From Macrostomum lignano (Eukaryota), in assembly GCA_002269645.1 (NCBI GenBank), contig NIVC01000620.1, forward strand, positions 124,001 through 188,000: a stretch of 64,000 nucleotides of DNA. Direction: 5' to 3'. Of the stretch, positions 13,089-27,045 are shown piece by piece; position 1 is the first letter of the stretch, and each line of letters opens with the position of its first letter. A program made the position numbers and the translations under genes. The notes under the pieces are model-generated. The model made no database searches. It was not told where the DNA came from and was given only the letters and a program-made list of their open reading frames with translations.

Positions 13089-13345
13089 TGAACTCCGTTG
13101 AACTCGACTCCTCGAATCGCCAGCGTTGCCGCTGCCGCCGCCGCCGCCGCCGCCGCCGCCGCTGACCACCACTCGCGCGTCGGCCACGGTGAAGATGGCA
13201 AAATCGGTGAAATTCTGCCCATTGTTCAGGTCCGGTTTCGACGCGCTGTTGTTGCCAACGCTCCTAGAGCTGGCGTCGCCGTCGCTTCGGGCCGTTGTTG
13301 ACGTTTCATCGTCGGCCTGTTGCTCGAAGCCGATGACATCGATCT
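13089..13345 (-). CDS. Probable internal exon with a poly-Gly tract (host gene unknown)
   Basis: Acceptor-like CTCGCAG|ATC, open frame [14 protein letters not shown]...[18 protein letters not shown], and a (GGC)n tract. The donor is uncertain because it overlaps the inverted-repeat boundary. Confidence 0.4.
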
Positions 13346-13574
13346 GCGAGCGACATAGGAGTTGAGGGGCGGGGTTTGAGTGGGAATTCACTAATAGTAA
13401 AATATCTATTTTGGCTGGGAACAATATTAGTAAATAGAAGCTAAATATTACTAACCCAAATAGCCGTAAACCCAACCTAAATAACCCCACGAACAACCCT
13501 AAAAACTGGACACCCCTACCTGTTAGATACTGTGTTCTGACCCTAAGCAGCCTCCGATCGAATTAAATTAACGC

Positions 13575-13730
13575 CTGAGATTTATGGATTCTAATGATAG
13601 ATTTATGGATTCTAATGGTATATTTATGGATTCCAATGGTATATTTACGGATTCCAATGGTATATATGGATTCTAATGGTATATTTATGGATTCCAATGG
13701 TAGATTTATCTATTCTAATGGTATATTTGT
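13575..13730. repeat. ~21-bp tandem repeat (ATTTATGGATTCCAATGGTAT)n
   Basis: About seven adjacent units. Confidence 0.85.
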
Positions 13731-14339
13731 GGATACGGAGGTTTTTCGGCAAAGTATCCGAGCTATGGATACGGATGTGGTTACGGGAACACATATTTCC
13801 CATATCTAGTTCCCGTATCTAGTAATAACACTCAACTGAGACATGAAAGACCATTGGAGCTGTTTCAAAGTGAGGGGAATTCTTAAATCCATGGAATTAG
13901 GACTCAAGCATCAACATAGTTTGTCAATGCCACATGCACGTTGTGGCTGGGTGGTGGGGGCTAAAGTTAAGATGAATGTTTTATCAGTTTCAAAGAGCTC
14001 GTAAGTCCATGCAAGGATTTGGAGACTTGAGCAACAGAGAGTTTCGATGCCAAATGCACGTTGTGGCTGGGTGGTGGGGGCTAATGTTAAGATGAATGTT
14101 TTTACTTTTCAATGCAGGGGTTAGAGCTCTTAAGTCCCTGGGGTTGGGGACTTAAACAACAGAGTTTTGACACCACGACAGCACATTGGGGTTGGGGATA
14201 AAGTTAAGATAAATCACTTTCAAAGGGAGCTCTTAAGTCCCTGGGTTGGGGACTGGGATGGGGTTGGGATCGTGGGGCTAAATTTGAGATGAATGTGAGA
14301 GGAGCTCTTAAGTCCCTAGAATGTTGCTGTTGCTGAGAA

Positions 14340-14642
14340 GAGAATCTTGCTGTTCGCCCTTGGCCTCGCCTGCGCGATCCCAGCAGCATGAGCAGCAGCA
14401 CTTCGAGTAGCAGCTCAGGGCAGAGGGCCTCCGACCAGATGACGTGGCCAGCCAGTCGAAGTTATCGCCCGCGCAGCAGGTCAGAAGGCTGCATCAGGCA
14501 TGCCCTTGTGTAGAGCGCGGCATTGGTCTGATCTCGCTACCTGGACTGCTGCGCACTCTGAACGCCGCACGCAGCATGGCCGTAAGCGCAGCGTTCAGCT
14601 GCCTCTCCAAGGCTTCCGTCAGGGTCCAGGTCTTGGCATTGG
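14340..14642 (-). pseudogene. 3' fragment of an RTE/RTEX-like LINE ORF (5'-truncated, frameshifted)
   Basis: NAKTWTLTEALERQLNAALTAMLRAAF, then in a shifted frame TNAALY...LLRGR*LRLAGHVI...GSRRRGQGRT. This is the typical post-RT C-terminus of RTE-group LINEs. Confidence 0.75.
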
Positions 14643-15117
14643 ACAACAGTTACGGAAGATTTACGAAGTTACGGATACGGATATGGATACGAATGTTACG
14701 GAGGTTACGGGAAAAATTTCGAGATACGGCTACGGATATGGATATGGGAAAAAATTGGTCCCGGTGGAACTCTATTGAGCACTGTATCTCGTAGAGACTC
14801 AGTCAGGACCAGCACTGCAGCACTACTACTAAGGAATCTTCAGTCAATGCGAACGGGGCTTTACAAGTTAAGGAAGCAAAATTCAACCCCAAAATCAAGG
14901 CAAGACAACTAGACGAGCAATCCGTGGTTTTACAGGTACATGTATGCACTATGCACTATGCATCAATGCTTTGTACTCATTCTTGTTTAGTGGCTCAGCA
15001 ACAGGATCGGCTTTTTTCTATTGTTAAATCAGTCGATCTAATATACGAGAAAGCCAGAGGACGCCAGGCTCTGTGCGACTCACTTTTTAAATCATCAATT
15101 AGCTCCTTAAATATACA

Positions 15118-16298
15118 CAGGGGCGTCGCCATGGATTTTATGGTGGGGGAAAATCACATGTACATGTACATGACTAAATTCCTACATGTCCATTATTTTC
15201 AGAATCGGTGTTTTCAGCACTCATTTTAGCGCCGCAGGCACTCATTTTAGCGCCGCAGGCACTCATTTTAGCGCCGCAGGCACTCATTTTAGCGCCGCAG
15301 GCACTCATTTTAGCGCCGCAGGCACTCATTTTAGCGCCGCAGGCACACTCATTTTAGCGCCGCAGGCTCTCATTTTAGCGCCGCAGGTGCTCATTTTAGC
15401 GCCGCAGGCACTCATTTTAGCGCCGCAGGCACACTCATTTTAGCGCCGCAGGCACTCATTTTAGCGCCGCAGGCACTCATTTTAGCGCCGCAGGCACACT
15501 CATTTTAGCGCCGCAGGCACTCATTTTAGCGCCGCAGGCTCTCATTTTAGCGCCGCAGGTGCTCATTTTAGCGCCGCAGGCACTCATTTTAGCGCCGCAG
15601 GCACACTCATTTTAGCGCCGCAGGAACTCATTTTAGCGCCGCAGGCTCTCATTTTAGCGCCGCAGGAACTCATTTTAGCGCCGCAGGCACACTCATTTTA
15701 GCGCCGCAGGAACTCATTTTAGCGCCGCAGGCTCTCATTTTAGCGCCGCAGGTGCTCATTTTAGCGCCGCAGGCACTCATTTTAGCGCCGCAGGCACTCA
15801 TTTTAGCGCCGCAGGCACTCATTTTAGCGCCGCAGGCACTCATTTTAGCGCCGCAGGCACACTCATTTTAGCGCCGCAGGAACTCATTTTAGCGCCGCAG
15901 GCTCTCATTTTAGCGCCGCAGGTGCTCATTTTAGCGCCGCAGGCACTCATTTTAGCGCCGCAGGCACACTCATTTTAGCGCCGCAGGAACTCATTTTAGC
16001 GCCGCAGGCTCTCATTTTAGCGCCGCAGGCACTCATTTTAGCGCCGCAGGCACACTCATTTTAGCGCCGCAGAAACTCATTTTAGCGCCGCAGGTACTCA
16101 TTTTAGCGCCGCAGGTGCTCATTTTAGCGCCGCAGGTGCTGTTATGTCGCACTGTAGCAAAGTTATTGCATGATTTCCTTAACGGGTCACAAGGCGCATG
16201 GGGGTGGGGGACATCTGGGGAGGGGGACATGCCAATGCTTTTGTCCCTCCACCCCACCTTGGACATGTCGACCCCCCCCCCTGTTGGCGACGCCCCTG
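15118..16298. mobile_element. hAT-like MITE expanded by an internal 21-23-bp minisatellite
   Basis: Perfect 14-bp TIR CAGGGGCGTCGCCA / TGGCGACGCCCCTG, 8-bp TSD AATATACA/CATATACA, and an array (GGCACTCATTTTAGCGCCGCA)n at about 15209-16137. Confidence 0.85.
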
Positions 16299-19200
16299 CA
16301 TATACATGTAAATAGGGAATCCTGGGGTTCCCAGAGAGGGTTGCGGCTGGGGAATGACACATCTCTCTCAATTCTTATGAAATCCCAGCCTGTATTTTTG
16401 CACGTGGACACTGGACAGTCCAGTCAGTCAGTCACATCTCAATCTGGCAATGTTGAAAAACAAATATGTTTCACTGTAAACTGTGTGTCCACCATGCCAA
16501 TGCAGAGTGCCATCAGCTAACGCAAAGTTGTTAGCTGGTTATATTATATATTATTAAGGCAAATTTCAATGTACACACTTACCATATTTATGCATTCGCT
16601 ATCATTTGAAATTAAAGTACACACGGTTTTAACAATGCTGATATCTCAATTCCCCGAGGAGAGGTGTAGCTGAAGATGTGACTTGGTACGTTAGTTAGAT
16701 TTCTGACAGATTCTGCGATTTTTAATGGATATGGAAGCTTTTAGAAGATGTCAGTAACTTAGTAACAATTTAAAGTAAAAGATAAAAAAATGAATCATAA
16801 GGATCTTAAGGATGATAGAAACTCAGAATAATAATATTTATAAGTATTTCTAAGCTTGCTATGATGATGGCCAAAATAGGCTATAAATTTCAAAATGACA
16901 AGTATACGCTGAGGTAAATAGTGAAGTAAATGGAAATTTTTTAAACGGCCCTTTTCAGGGCCACGACACAAGATCTAACTTTGGGGACCCCAGGAAATTA
17001 ATTTTATTTCATTTTAATTAAGAAGCGTCAACTTATAGCTGTTTTAGCATGTATTTTTGACTTTTCATGCGCCTGAATTGCTCTGTTCTGGCAGAGCCAA
17101 GTAAGTAGTAAATAGTTAAAACGGCCCTTTTCAGGCTAACCACACAACGTACCTCTTGCGTGGTGACACGGGGAATTCTTTTTAATTAATGTTTCAATCA
17201 ACGCGTTAAACTCCTTTTTAATTTTTTTAATTTTTAAAGGACTATTACTGCTTCTGGAAGCATTTTTATTTAGAACTTGCTGCCAAATTAATTTATTTAT
17301 CTAAGATTTGCGCGCAGCAAAAAGGGCGCCAACAGCCAATGGGCGCAAACACCAAGGACGCCATCGAAGGTGGCGCTAGCACCAAGGGTTCTAGCTCCGG
17401 TTCTGGAAGAGCAAATTAAATAGTTAACCTGGTTTAAGCATTTTGGAAAACAGTTAAATAGAATTGCTGATTTTTCGCGCCATACCATGGCAGACAGCAG
17501 CATGACATCCACAATTTTATTTTGTAAATTCCACCTTGAATTTTCTGATTTTCAAGGATTCAGCTTGATTTTTTGTCAAACGCCAGCTGTACCAGAGTTA
17601 AAAAAATTTCAAATTTTCAAATTTCAAAAAATAAAAAACCAAAAGTTGATTGGAGCGTAAAAACTATATATGGAGCTTGAGCCTGAGTAAACCGTAGCCA
17701 GTGTCTTTATAGACTGTGTCATCTTGGGACTGCAGAGTGCAAACACAATGTTGTTAACTGCAGGTACATATTATTAGGCCATAAATTTCAATTTACCATT
17801 TATGCGTTGTCATTGTCATCTGAAATTAAGTACAAGCAGTTTTAATTCAAAATGTTGCTTTTTAGGCTGCCACAAATGGCGAATGGCGATAAGGCACCCG
17901 GGAAATTCATTGTATTTACGTTTTTGTCGAAGACGTTAAAACTCTTAATTTATCATTCACTACTACTGCTGTTTAGAACATATTAATTAACTAATGTTAC
18001 GTACTATTATCAAGGGTCGCCACTTGCCAGCCACCAGCGGGTGTCATTGGGAGAGCCAGTGCCGAGGTGCGCAACACAAGGTTTATTTTAGTCCGTGTTC
18101 TTGAATTCATGTGCCGTTGCTTCGTTTCGTTCGGCAAAGTAAACATAAAATATTTGAAACGGCCCTTTTCAGGGCAACCGCACAGACTCCTAACTTTGGC
18201 GACACGAAAAGTAAGGATATTCAATTAAAAATCCTTTACGAAAAAAGATTGGTACTACGACTACGAACTTGTTATCAGGATTTGTCAGTACGTAAAAAAA
18301 TTATCGATTTTTCATTTTGTTAGCCTAAAACTTGGAAAGTAAGCTGAATAAAAATAATTTGTCTATGCGAAAATTTGCAGAGTAACACAACGCATTTTTA
18401 CTGTAAGTAGCCAGTAACGTAAGTGACATGGTATGTCAATTGGCAATAAGATGTATTTTTGCCTCGTCCAATAAAAATTGTCCGCACTAGTTTTCAAAAT
18501 TATTGATTAGTCGAGTTTTTGTGCTTTGGAAATTCAACTCCATTGAAATTGGTTTTGTAATCGGTCGGAGCGAAGGGTGTTAATAAAAAAGGCGGTCGTG
18601 TGGCTGTGTTTGTCTTTTTAATTAAATATATTCGAAACTTCAATAAGAATTCAGCCTGGAGAACGGACGTTGCGATGCCGAGTTAAGATTAGAAATTAAA
18701 CAAGCTAATAACATGCGAGTCCAGTTAAAATGGACTTATTTTAGGAGTTAAAGCCTTGGACTTGGACGGTGAGTTTGATTTCTGACTGTCTGTGCCATTT
18801 CTATATGGTATGGAAGCTTTTTACGCGAAGGCATTTCATTCTTTTACAGTAGATACAGTATAAAATAATTGATATGATGTATACAGCATGAATTTTAGGG
18901 ACTTCTTGAACTTACCTTGAATTAAGGTATAGTGTATAGTATAGGTATAGTAGTGTTCCGCCTTAAAAGGGGGTCCATCTGCCATAGCCATAGCTGTAAC
19001 CAAAACTACAGCTTATTCCAATTCTCCATATTCTGTAGCCATAGGGACTCCAATATAACAATATTCCTATAGCTGTAGCCATAGTTCTGACAAAAATTCT
19101 CTGATATAAAATACTTTGAATCAGGAAGATAAAAACCTAGTACTTATTACTGCAAGGGTCATTTGAAGGACTGCAAAGAATTTTTTTGCAATACAAATCA

Positions 19201-19369
19201 GCAAACTAGCAGTGTTAAACATAAGAGTTGTTATGGACTTCTTCAAGTTTATGTTGATAAAATAGTTTCAATTTTGATAGGATCATAATTTTGTCTCTAT
19301 AAGGGTTTTTGATGGTGCTGATTTCAAATTTGAGCTCCATTTTTAGGTAGCTTTAACCCAATTATATGT

Positions 19370-19830
19370 AGCTTAAAACCAACCACCGGGGCATGGGGAA
19401 TGGGGGGTTTTAGGGTGGGGAGATTCTTCATGGGTTTGATTTTATCAACATAAACTTGAAAAGAAGCATGGAGACCTATTTAAGATTGTGTTGATTTATT
19501 CCAATCCTAATGGGGGGGGGTCGTAGCTTAAAACCAACCACCGGGGCATGGGGAATGGGGGGTTTTAGGGTGGGGAGATTCTTCATAGGGTTTGATTTTA
19601 TCAACATAAACTTGAAAAAAGGCATGGAGACCTATTCAAGATTGTGTTAATTTATTCCAATCCTAATGGGGGGGTCGCAGCTTAAAACCAACCACCGGGG
19701 CATGGGGAATGAGGGGTTTTAGGGTGGGGAGATTCTTCATGGGGTTTGATTTTATCAACATAAACTTGAATAGAGACATGGAGACCTATTCAAGATTGTG
19801 TTGATGAATTCCGACGTATTACAACAAATA
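19370..19830. repeat. Three ~155-bp tandem repeats; inverted homolog at ~24850-25240
   Basis: TAGCTTAAAACCAACCACCGGGGCATGGGGAATG...GGGTGGGGAGATTCTTCAT occurs three times. The reverse complement of 25080-25230 matches 19300-19470. Confidence 0.85.
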
Positions 19831-20108
19831 GCATATAAGAAAAAGATTTGAATGAAACACTCACATTTATTAAATGCATCTTCTATGTTGATCCTCAATT
19901 GACAAATTAGACAAACGGACATTGGGGTTCAATAAATAGCTTAGTATATAGATAACTTATACTCTAAAATACAATAAATAGTAACATATTTTGGCAACAG
20001 CAACACTCAATTTCAGTAGGCAATTTAAAGCTGAATTTTACATTAACTATTATTAACTGATTGCCAACTGAACCTATGCTGAGTACGACAGGATTGGATT
20101 AGAACTTA

Positions 20109-21239
20109 CTAATCCTTGAAGGAATAGTAGTGTTGAATCCAATATAGAAGAGACCCCATAACACTCTTTTTGTGCAGCCGTCAAAATTGGAACTCATTCA
20201 GATAAGATTCAAACAGTTCCTCAGATGTCTTATGCATACGCTTGTACTTCTTTTTACAGTGACCCCACATGGATTCCACTGATTGCGTATGCACATCACG
20301 ATCAGCAGGAGAGACAAAGTTAAGTGAGTGGTTCACAGTCCGATGATTTGACAACCTATTATAAGCTTGCCATTCATCTGACATAATGATTGTGCCAGGC
20401 TCCACTCGCTCTTCTATTATGGGTAAAAGAGTCGCTGCAGAACGATCTTTTACCGGTATTAGAAAGATATGAGTAGAACCACGTTCAACCATGCCAAACA
20501 CCCACTTCTGCTCTCGCTGACGGCCTTTGTTGTACTTACGTTTGAAGTACAGGGACTCGTCAATTTCCACTATTTTATTTGGACCGCCTAACTTGAAGGG
20601 ATGGTCTTCAAGATATTTGGTACAAATGTCACGGCAGAAATTGAACCAGTCCACTAGCGTTTCTTGGGACACCTTAGTCTCTGCTGCAATAAAATCAAAG
20701 TCACCAATATCAGCAGCCCACCAAAAGATAATATGAAGGCACTGAAACAAACTAAGATGAGACCGCTCAAAAAACGATTTCGTGCGAATTGAGGTATTGG
20801 TTCGGCAACTCTTGCAATACCATGTTGATTTGTCCACCACACTTGATCTTTTGACTAATCCCATTGGACCCGAGCATGACGAGCACAGCATGGTATTGGC
20901 GATTAGTCCGATTCTAGTCAAGAATTGCAGAACCTCAGTCTCACTTTCGTGAAATTGAGTAATGAATGCGGTGTGTGTCGGATTATAATCTAGAACATAC
21001 CGAGCTTCGTCAATATTTACATTGAACATTTTAGTAGATGCTGCCGGTTGCCTACGACGCTTACCAGAAGCTTGTTTGACAACATCTTTGGGTTTCGTAG
21101 AAGCTTTGGAGTCCGCATTATTGGCCGCACAAGCTCCCCCTGGTACAGCCTTCTCGGTCAGCACCACGAGCAGCTTGATTGTCCATAAGTTGGTTCCATT
21201 GCTCCTCGAACCCTTGGACGTCTTCCTCAAACAAGTCAT
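20109..21239 (-). mobile_element. Merlin (IS1595/ISXO2-like) DDE transposase with a premature stop near the C-terminus
   Basis: N-terminal CxxC...WYCxxC zinc finger, then VEIDES, KWVFGMVERG, IMSDEWQAY, TVNHS, HTQSVESMW and YLNEF motifs. TGA at 20181-83 is followed by 23 more sense codons to a TAG at 20109-11. A candidate 5' terminus GGTACAGTTTGCCACGTCAC ends at 21560. Confidence 0.92.
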
Positions 21240-22075
21240 CTGAATCAGACGACACGAGAAACGAGAGAATCCACCAAAGAGTCAACATAATTATATCAGA
21301 CCTTGGTTGAAGTCTAAAACTAGATCTCGAATGAATTTGCTTACCGAAATCAAGTGCTGCTACTGCCTTAATACACTAGAATGAGTAATATAGTCTTGTA
21401 CGGTTACTGGCTGGGAGTTGACAGGTGCAAAGGTGCAAAGTGCAATTGTTGGAAGGTAGCTTTGGCTAGGTGCAAGTGAAAGTGCGCAAGTGCAAAAAAT
21501 CGAGCCGGTCGTGACGTGGCAGTTTTTAAAAAAACGAACAGTGACGTGGCAAACTGTACCTGCATTAAAACTAAATTGAAAAAACTATTATTGGGGAACT
21601 TAACAGACAATTGTGTATAAATTTGTAGAAATTAACATTTATCTTTCATTGGCCTAATAAACTTCGAGCACATGCGCTACTAATTTAGAAGTCCAATGGA
21701 TACAATTTTGAATATGTATTCCTAGAAACTTTTTGTCACCGATCTTCATTAAGAGAATAGGAATTGAGTAAATTATCATCCTATCAACCGTACAGGTAAC
21801 TTTCTACACTTTTTTTGCATTTTTGTAATTTTGGGTGCCCCATAAGTCTCCACCGCAAGTTTCAGAAAAATCGAAAAATCGGAAGTATTTTATCAACATA
21901 AACTTGAAGAAGTCCATTGTTACTAATATTGCAAAAACATGTATAAAAGCAAAAGAAACATTAAGCAAGCATTTGTTGGCCATATTTGTTTTTTTGCAAT
22001 GTAAAAGATAATGATTCCAAATTAGGCCTATAAAATGTGACTCAACTAAGTGACTCAAATCCCCCACTTTGTAGC

Positions 22076-22628
22076 CCATAGTCAGGAAGGTGGCATGTGT
22101 ATGCCGGAATGAAATTCGGGCAGGGCTATCTATGTACGCCAAATGTTACCATATGTACGCCGAATATACCGTAATGCACGCCGAATATAGGCCCTACCGT
22201 AATGTACCCATGTACGCCTATTAGTTAATTGTTTTTCAGCTTATTAGGACGCTGAATGAAGTAAAAACCTTCCATTGCAACGAATATTTGACAAGTTTGG
22301 TTGTTGTACTATACCAACAAGTTTAGTCTTTTTTAATTTGTTTAACTGAATATGTTAAAATTAAAATTACCATTTTAAATTACTGTAAAGTTTTGGCAGA
22401 GATTTGAATAAAAATATATGGTAGACATAATAGAGAATTAGCACTGCCTCATATGCCAACCTTATATCCCATATCATGCCACATATTTGCGGCGTACATG
22501 GCATGTGCTGAATGTACGCCAACTGTTGCAAGGCAGACCAAATGTACGCCAAATGTATGCCGAATATCTTTGGCTATGCCTATGCATGCCGGAATTTTCG
22601 ACGAAAAAGGCCACCTTCCTGACTATAG
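22076..22628. mobile_element. Non-autonomous DNA transposon (553 bp), 8-bp TSD
   Basis: TIR CCATAGTCAGGAAGGTGGC / GCCACCTTCCTGACTATAG, exact TSD TTTGTAGC (22068-75, 22629-36), and subterminal TGTACGCC repeats. Confidence 0.85.
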
Positions 22629-23194
22629 TTTGTAGCACAGACAAGTTGTCAACTCCAACTTCTTGTCTAGCATTCATTGCCATTCAATGCTAAAAATTTA
22701 TAATTTGTGTCTCATCTAGCTGTTTTCTTTATTGTTTGTTAAAATGTTTGTAAAAATTTCTAGGAAAATAATTAAATATGCAAAATAAAAGATTGTTCAA
22801 ACTAGCACCTAGTGAACTTTTTTCTACAGTAAAGTATAGTGTATTTGTAAATAATATAATATATTTACATTTCTAATTAATTAGGTAAAAGACCAACAAA
22901 ACTTCATATTAATTAAAGTTAAAATTTGCTAGTGTTTTTTATACTCTATTAGGTATAATTTATAAGTTCATATACCTATATAGATACCGACAGACCATTT
23001 TAGTATATGGATTTATAAGTTTTAAATCTATGATATAACTTACTAAAGTATCTTAGTTTTATTCTACCTGTTTCCAATATTTTTTCATTAAAAATTTCTA
23101 ACTAAAGCTATATGAGTTTATAGATTGTGATAGCAACTACCATATTTCCATAGTTGTAGTTATAAGAGCAGCTATAGACTTCTTGAACTTTAGG

Positions 23195-24244
23195 CAGTGA
23201 TGGGCACTGCTAAATATTTTTGTAGCGTTGCTATATAGCATTTCCGCTACCAAATTTAAAAAAAAAGTTTGTGCCACTATGTAGCAGCCGCTATTTTAGT
23301 TTCAAAATTAGCAAATTTAGTGCCACTAAATATAAATTTGGCTAAAATTCAAAATTTCCTAAAAACAAAAAAAGATTCATTTTTACAATTTCTTTTGTTT
23401 AGTTTAAGCAGTGTAAATATTGGGAAGATTTTACTTTATATTTATTAAAATAAAACGCAAATTAGTCAAAAATTCGTCAAATTGAAAAAAGTAATTTGTT
23501 GTACTTATACTGCACAAAGCCAAAGGATAAGGTAAGGTAACTGGTACAGTTAACACTAACACTAACAGACAGTAGTACCGTAGTAAGTTTATTAACTTTA
23601 CTTAGTAAGTTGCCATTGCCAGTCGCCAAGTTGGTCACCGTCGCCAGTTGGTAGTCAATGTTGGTTATTGATGTGACTATTTAAATTCTACTATTGGAAT
23701 TGATTGAATTGCTGATTTACAAAATTGTATTGTAATTATGGCACTCGCAATTGAATCAATTGAATAAATTAAATAATAAAATGAACATTTAAAGATTTAT
23801 TTAGGAGATAAAATAATTATTTAGACAAAAAACCAACAGCAAAAACAATAGCAGCAAAAATGAGACAAGTAACAAAAACAAAAAAGAAAAGTTAGACTTA
23901 TCACTCATCAGTCATCAGTCATCACTATCGTCTATTAGGCATTAGCATCAGTCTATGATCTATCTATAAGTCCTATGACTATGAGTATGACTGATTATCA
24001 ATTTATTTTATTTCTATCCCTATCAGTATCAGTATGACAGTATCAGTGAGTATAGTATACATGACTTGATTGTAAATTTGAAATACTGTCGTTATGTTAC
24101 ATACATTAAAAAAGATTCAAAAAATTAAAATCAATAAAGCAAAATTGTTTAGAAGACTAAAAACCCTAAAAAACAATGTAAAAAAAAAATTGTTGCCTAA
24201 AATTTAGCGAATTTCAAATTTAGCACCCGCTATGCTCATCACTG
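23195..24244. mobile_element. Non-autonomous hAT element (1050 bp)
   Basis: TIR CAGTGATGGGCA / TGCTCATCACTG, exact 8-bp TSD ACTTTAGG (23187-94, 24245-52), and subterminal TAGC/GCTA motifs. Confidence 0.9.
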
Positions 24245-27045
24245 ACTTTAGGTATATAAAATATTTCCAATCTTCCAATTTTTCTGAAACTTTTGCCAGA
24301 GTTTTAAAAGGCTATCTATAATGATAAAAAAGCAAAAAAATGCAAAAAATTATCTTCAGACAGTAAGAGCTAGATTTGTTTAATCTCCTATCTAACTAGC
24401 AGTAATTTATTACAAGTAGTTTTGGAGATCCATGTGTTTAAAAATTGAACTTTTTTAGAATCATAACTTTCTACTATAAATATTTTGCAAAATTTGATGA
24501 ATTCATTCTAAAAAAATTTGGAGGGTTCAAATTTTATCTTTGTTCAAAAGAATGTCTATTCTAATTTTTCTTCACTTGAAGTGTTATAGTGCAGCAAGAA
24601 TGCTATGTCAGTTTACTGTTTTTAAAAAATGCTAACTCATGGTTTGCCATCTGCCCCTCACCACCTACTTTTTAATTCACTGTCGTTCTTTGTTGATTAC
24701 TACTAGCCATATATTCTTTACTTGTCCACCTATAGTAATTTATACTAATTTGCATTTTCTCCATTTTTAAGGTAACTACAGCTGCTAATATCAATTAGTT
24801 TTGATAGGATAATAATTTTTTCTCCATGGTTGTGTTTTTGATAAATAGTTAAATTTTAAATTTAGGCTTTCTTTCAATTTTCCCCTTGGACCCCCTCTTA
24901 GTCTCTTAGACCTCCATGCCTCTATTGAAGTTTACGTACATAAAATCAATTCCCATGAAGATTCTCCACCCTAAAATCCAACATTCCTCATGTCCTAGTT
25001 GTTGACAGTTGTCAGCCCCCCCGAGACCCCCCCTAAATCTTTGAATTTTTCTACCTAATCTTCAATAGACCCCTATACCTCCATTGAAGTTTAGGTATAT
25101 AAAATCAATCCCCATAAAGATTCTCCCCACCCTACAACCCCCCATTCCCCATGTCCCAGTGGGTTGGCTTTAAGCTACAAAAATGAAGCTCAAGTTTGAA
25201 ATCAGCACCATAAAAAACCCTCAAGAAGTCTGCAGCTATTTATAGGTGAATCTATAGTGTAAATCTGCTGCTTGCTGGAATCTAAAACAATAATAATAAA
25301 CGAACTTTTTAGGCAACTTAAAGCATTGCCAAGTAATATGTATTGGCTCAGATAATAATTGCTATTAATGAACAAAAATAGTGGACAAAATAAGTTTGTG
25401 AAATAAAAATAAATAGAAAATAAAAAAATTAGAGCTGCCTCTTTCACCTCATTATAAAATTTATGATTTCTTATAGGAATTTGTTTGCATTTTAATGATA
25501 TATTTCTTTTAGTGAGCACCAAGAGCTAGGCTAAACTTTTTTTGCTAAATATAAATTTATAATCATTTTTGCATAAGAAATTAAATTGCAATTTAAAAAT
25601 CATGTACAAGCCGGAATTTTGCTATGTATATGTATATGTAGGTTTCTTGACTTTGTCTACGATCCCCACCATAAAATCTATGGTGACTCTCCTGCACTAA
25701 AATGATCGTACATGGCAGATACAGATATACATGTACTCCGTTGCCAAGTGGCACATTCATTCAATCAAAACTGTAATCTAGTCGCTAGAAAGACTGGCTG
25801 ACTGCTGCCAATGACTGGAAATGAAGTGCGTAAGCTGTGTACAAAGTCTCGCGGTTGAAATCATAATGTTAAGGCAGAAAATGGGATTTTCCAATTTTAC
25901 CCTGTCATATAATTTACCTACAAAAGACAAGGTCAATTCTTGACACAGTAAAATGTATTTTATTTAGTATGCAATTTTAGAGCTTTCAAGAAAAGCACTC
26001 TATTGTAATCTACAGATAAGAATTGTCCAATTTAATGACCATCTGTCACGATGTTGGCGTAGCGGCTAACTATGGCTATGACCCTTAAAAGGGCCGTTTT
26101 GACGAGAGGTGCAGTGAGTCGTAGTCCCAAAATAAGTTGAAGTCAACTCTTGCAAAGCGGATTGTGTAGCGGAGCACTTGGCGATAAAGGCAGGAACTGC
26201 CGTAGTTGTTTTTATTGTTAAGATCAATATTAGGCTTGGTTATTAATGTCAATACACAAACTATAGCTTTCTGGCACTGGCGGCTGCAACAATGATTTGG
26301 ATATAATTTGGAGATGAAGTCAAGTGGCAGACGAATGATGCAATGGCGACGTAACGTGATGATCAATGGCGATAAGCACAGTGGAGGCAGTGAGTAGCAG
26401 TGGCGAGATTGGCGTCAGCCGTGGCGTGAGATAAGGAGGCTCGAGGCAGCCAGATAGAGAGAAGGAAAACAAGGCTAGACAAGGCTAGACACGCCAGACA
26501 GGGCGGCGAACAAGAACACAAAAACAAGAACGCAAGGACAGACAAGAACAAGAACAAGTGAGGAGTGCCCGCCGCCAGGCGGGGGGTTAATAAAGGATCG
26601 CAGAGGGGGGTTAGCGCGAAGCACGAGCGGTTCTCATTGGCTGGCTAAATAACTTAAAATTATCGATCGTGCCAGTTTTCTACGGTCGCGTGAGAGGATA
26701 GCAAAATACGCAGTGAATTAGCGATAAGTACAAGTTCATTGGGCACTACTACGAGTAAGCGTTAAAATAAACGATTGGAGAAATTGTAGATGAGTTACAG
26801 TCCAACGGCCCTTTTCGGGACCACTTTAAACTGACAACGTCACACCATCTAAAATTTTTATTTTTGTCGCTGGAAATCTTGGCAACTTGAATTACCTACC
26901 ACAAGGGAGGTATATTCAGATCCCTGGTAAAATTCACAATTTACCCTTCACGTTATTTTACTATGCATATATAGGGTAAAACCATGTGGGAGGTAAAGTC
27001 TGGAAACTCCTATTTTCCAGCTTGCATTGAGAATTGCATTGAGAA

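Larger units (their letters stand above)
18158..26098. mobile_element. TIR element (AACGGCCCTTTT ends, TTGA on both sides; Kolobok-like) with nested insertions
   Basis: Left end AACGGCCCTTTTCAGGG and right end reverse complement AACGGCCCTTTTAAGGG (16/17). TTGA flanks both ends (18154-57, 26099-102). Further copies of the end motif are at 16944, 17120, 26804 and 28006. Confidence 0.5.

Noticed and set aside
8513-16140. Regular short repeat arrays as CRISPR candidates
   Set aside because: Units are directly adjacent with no unique spacers, there are no cas genes, and the context is eukaryotic.
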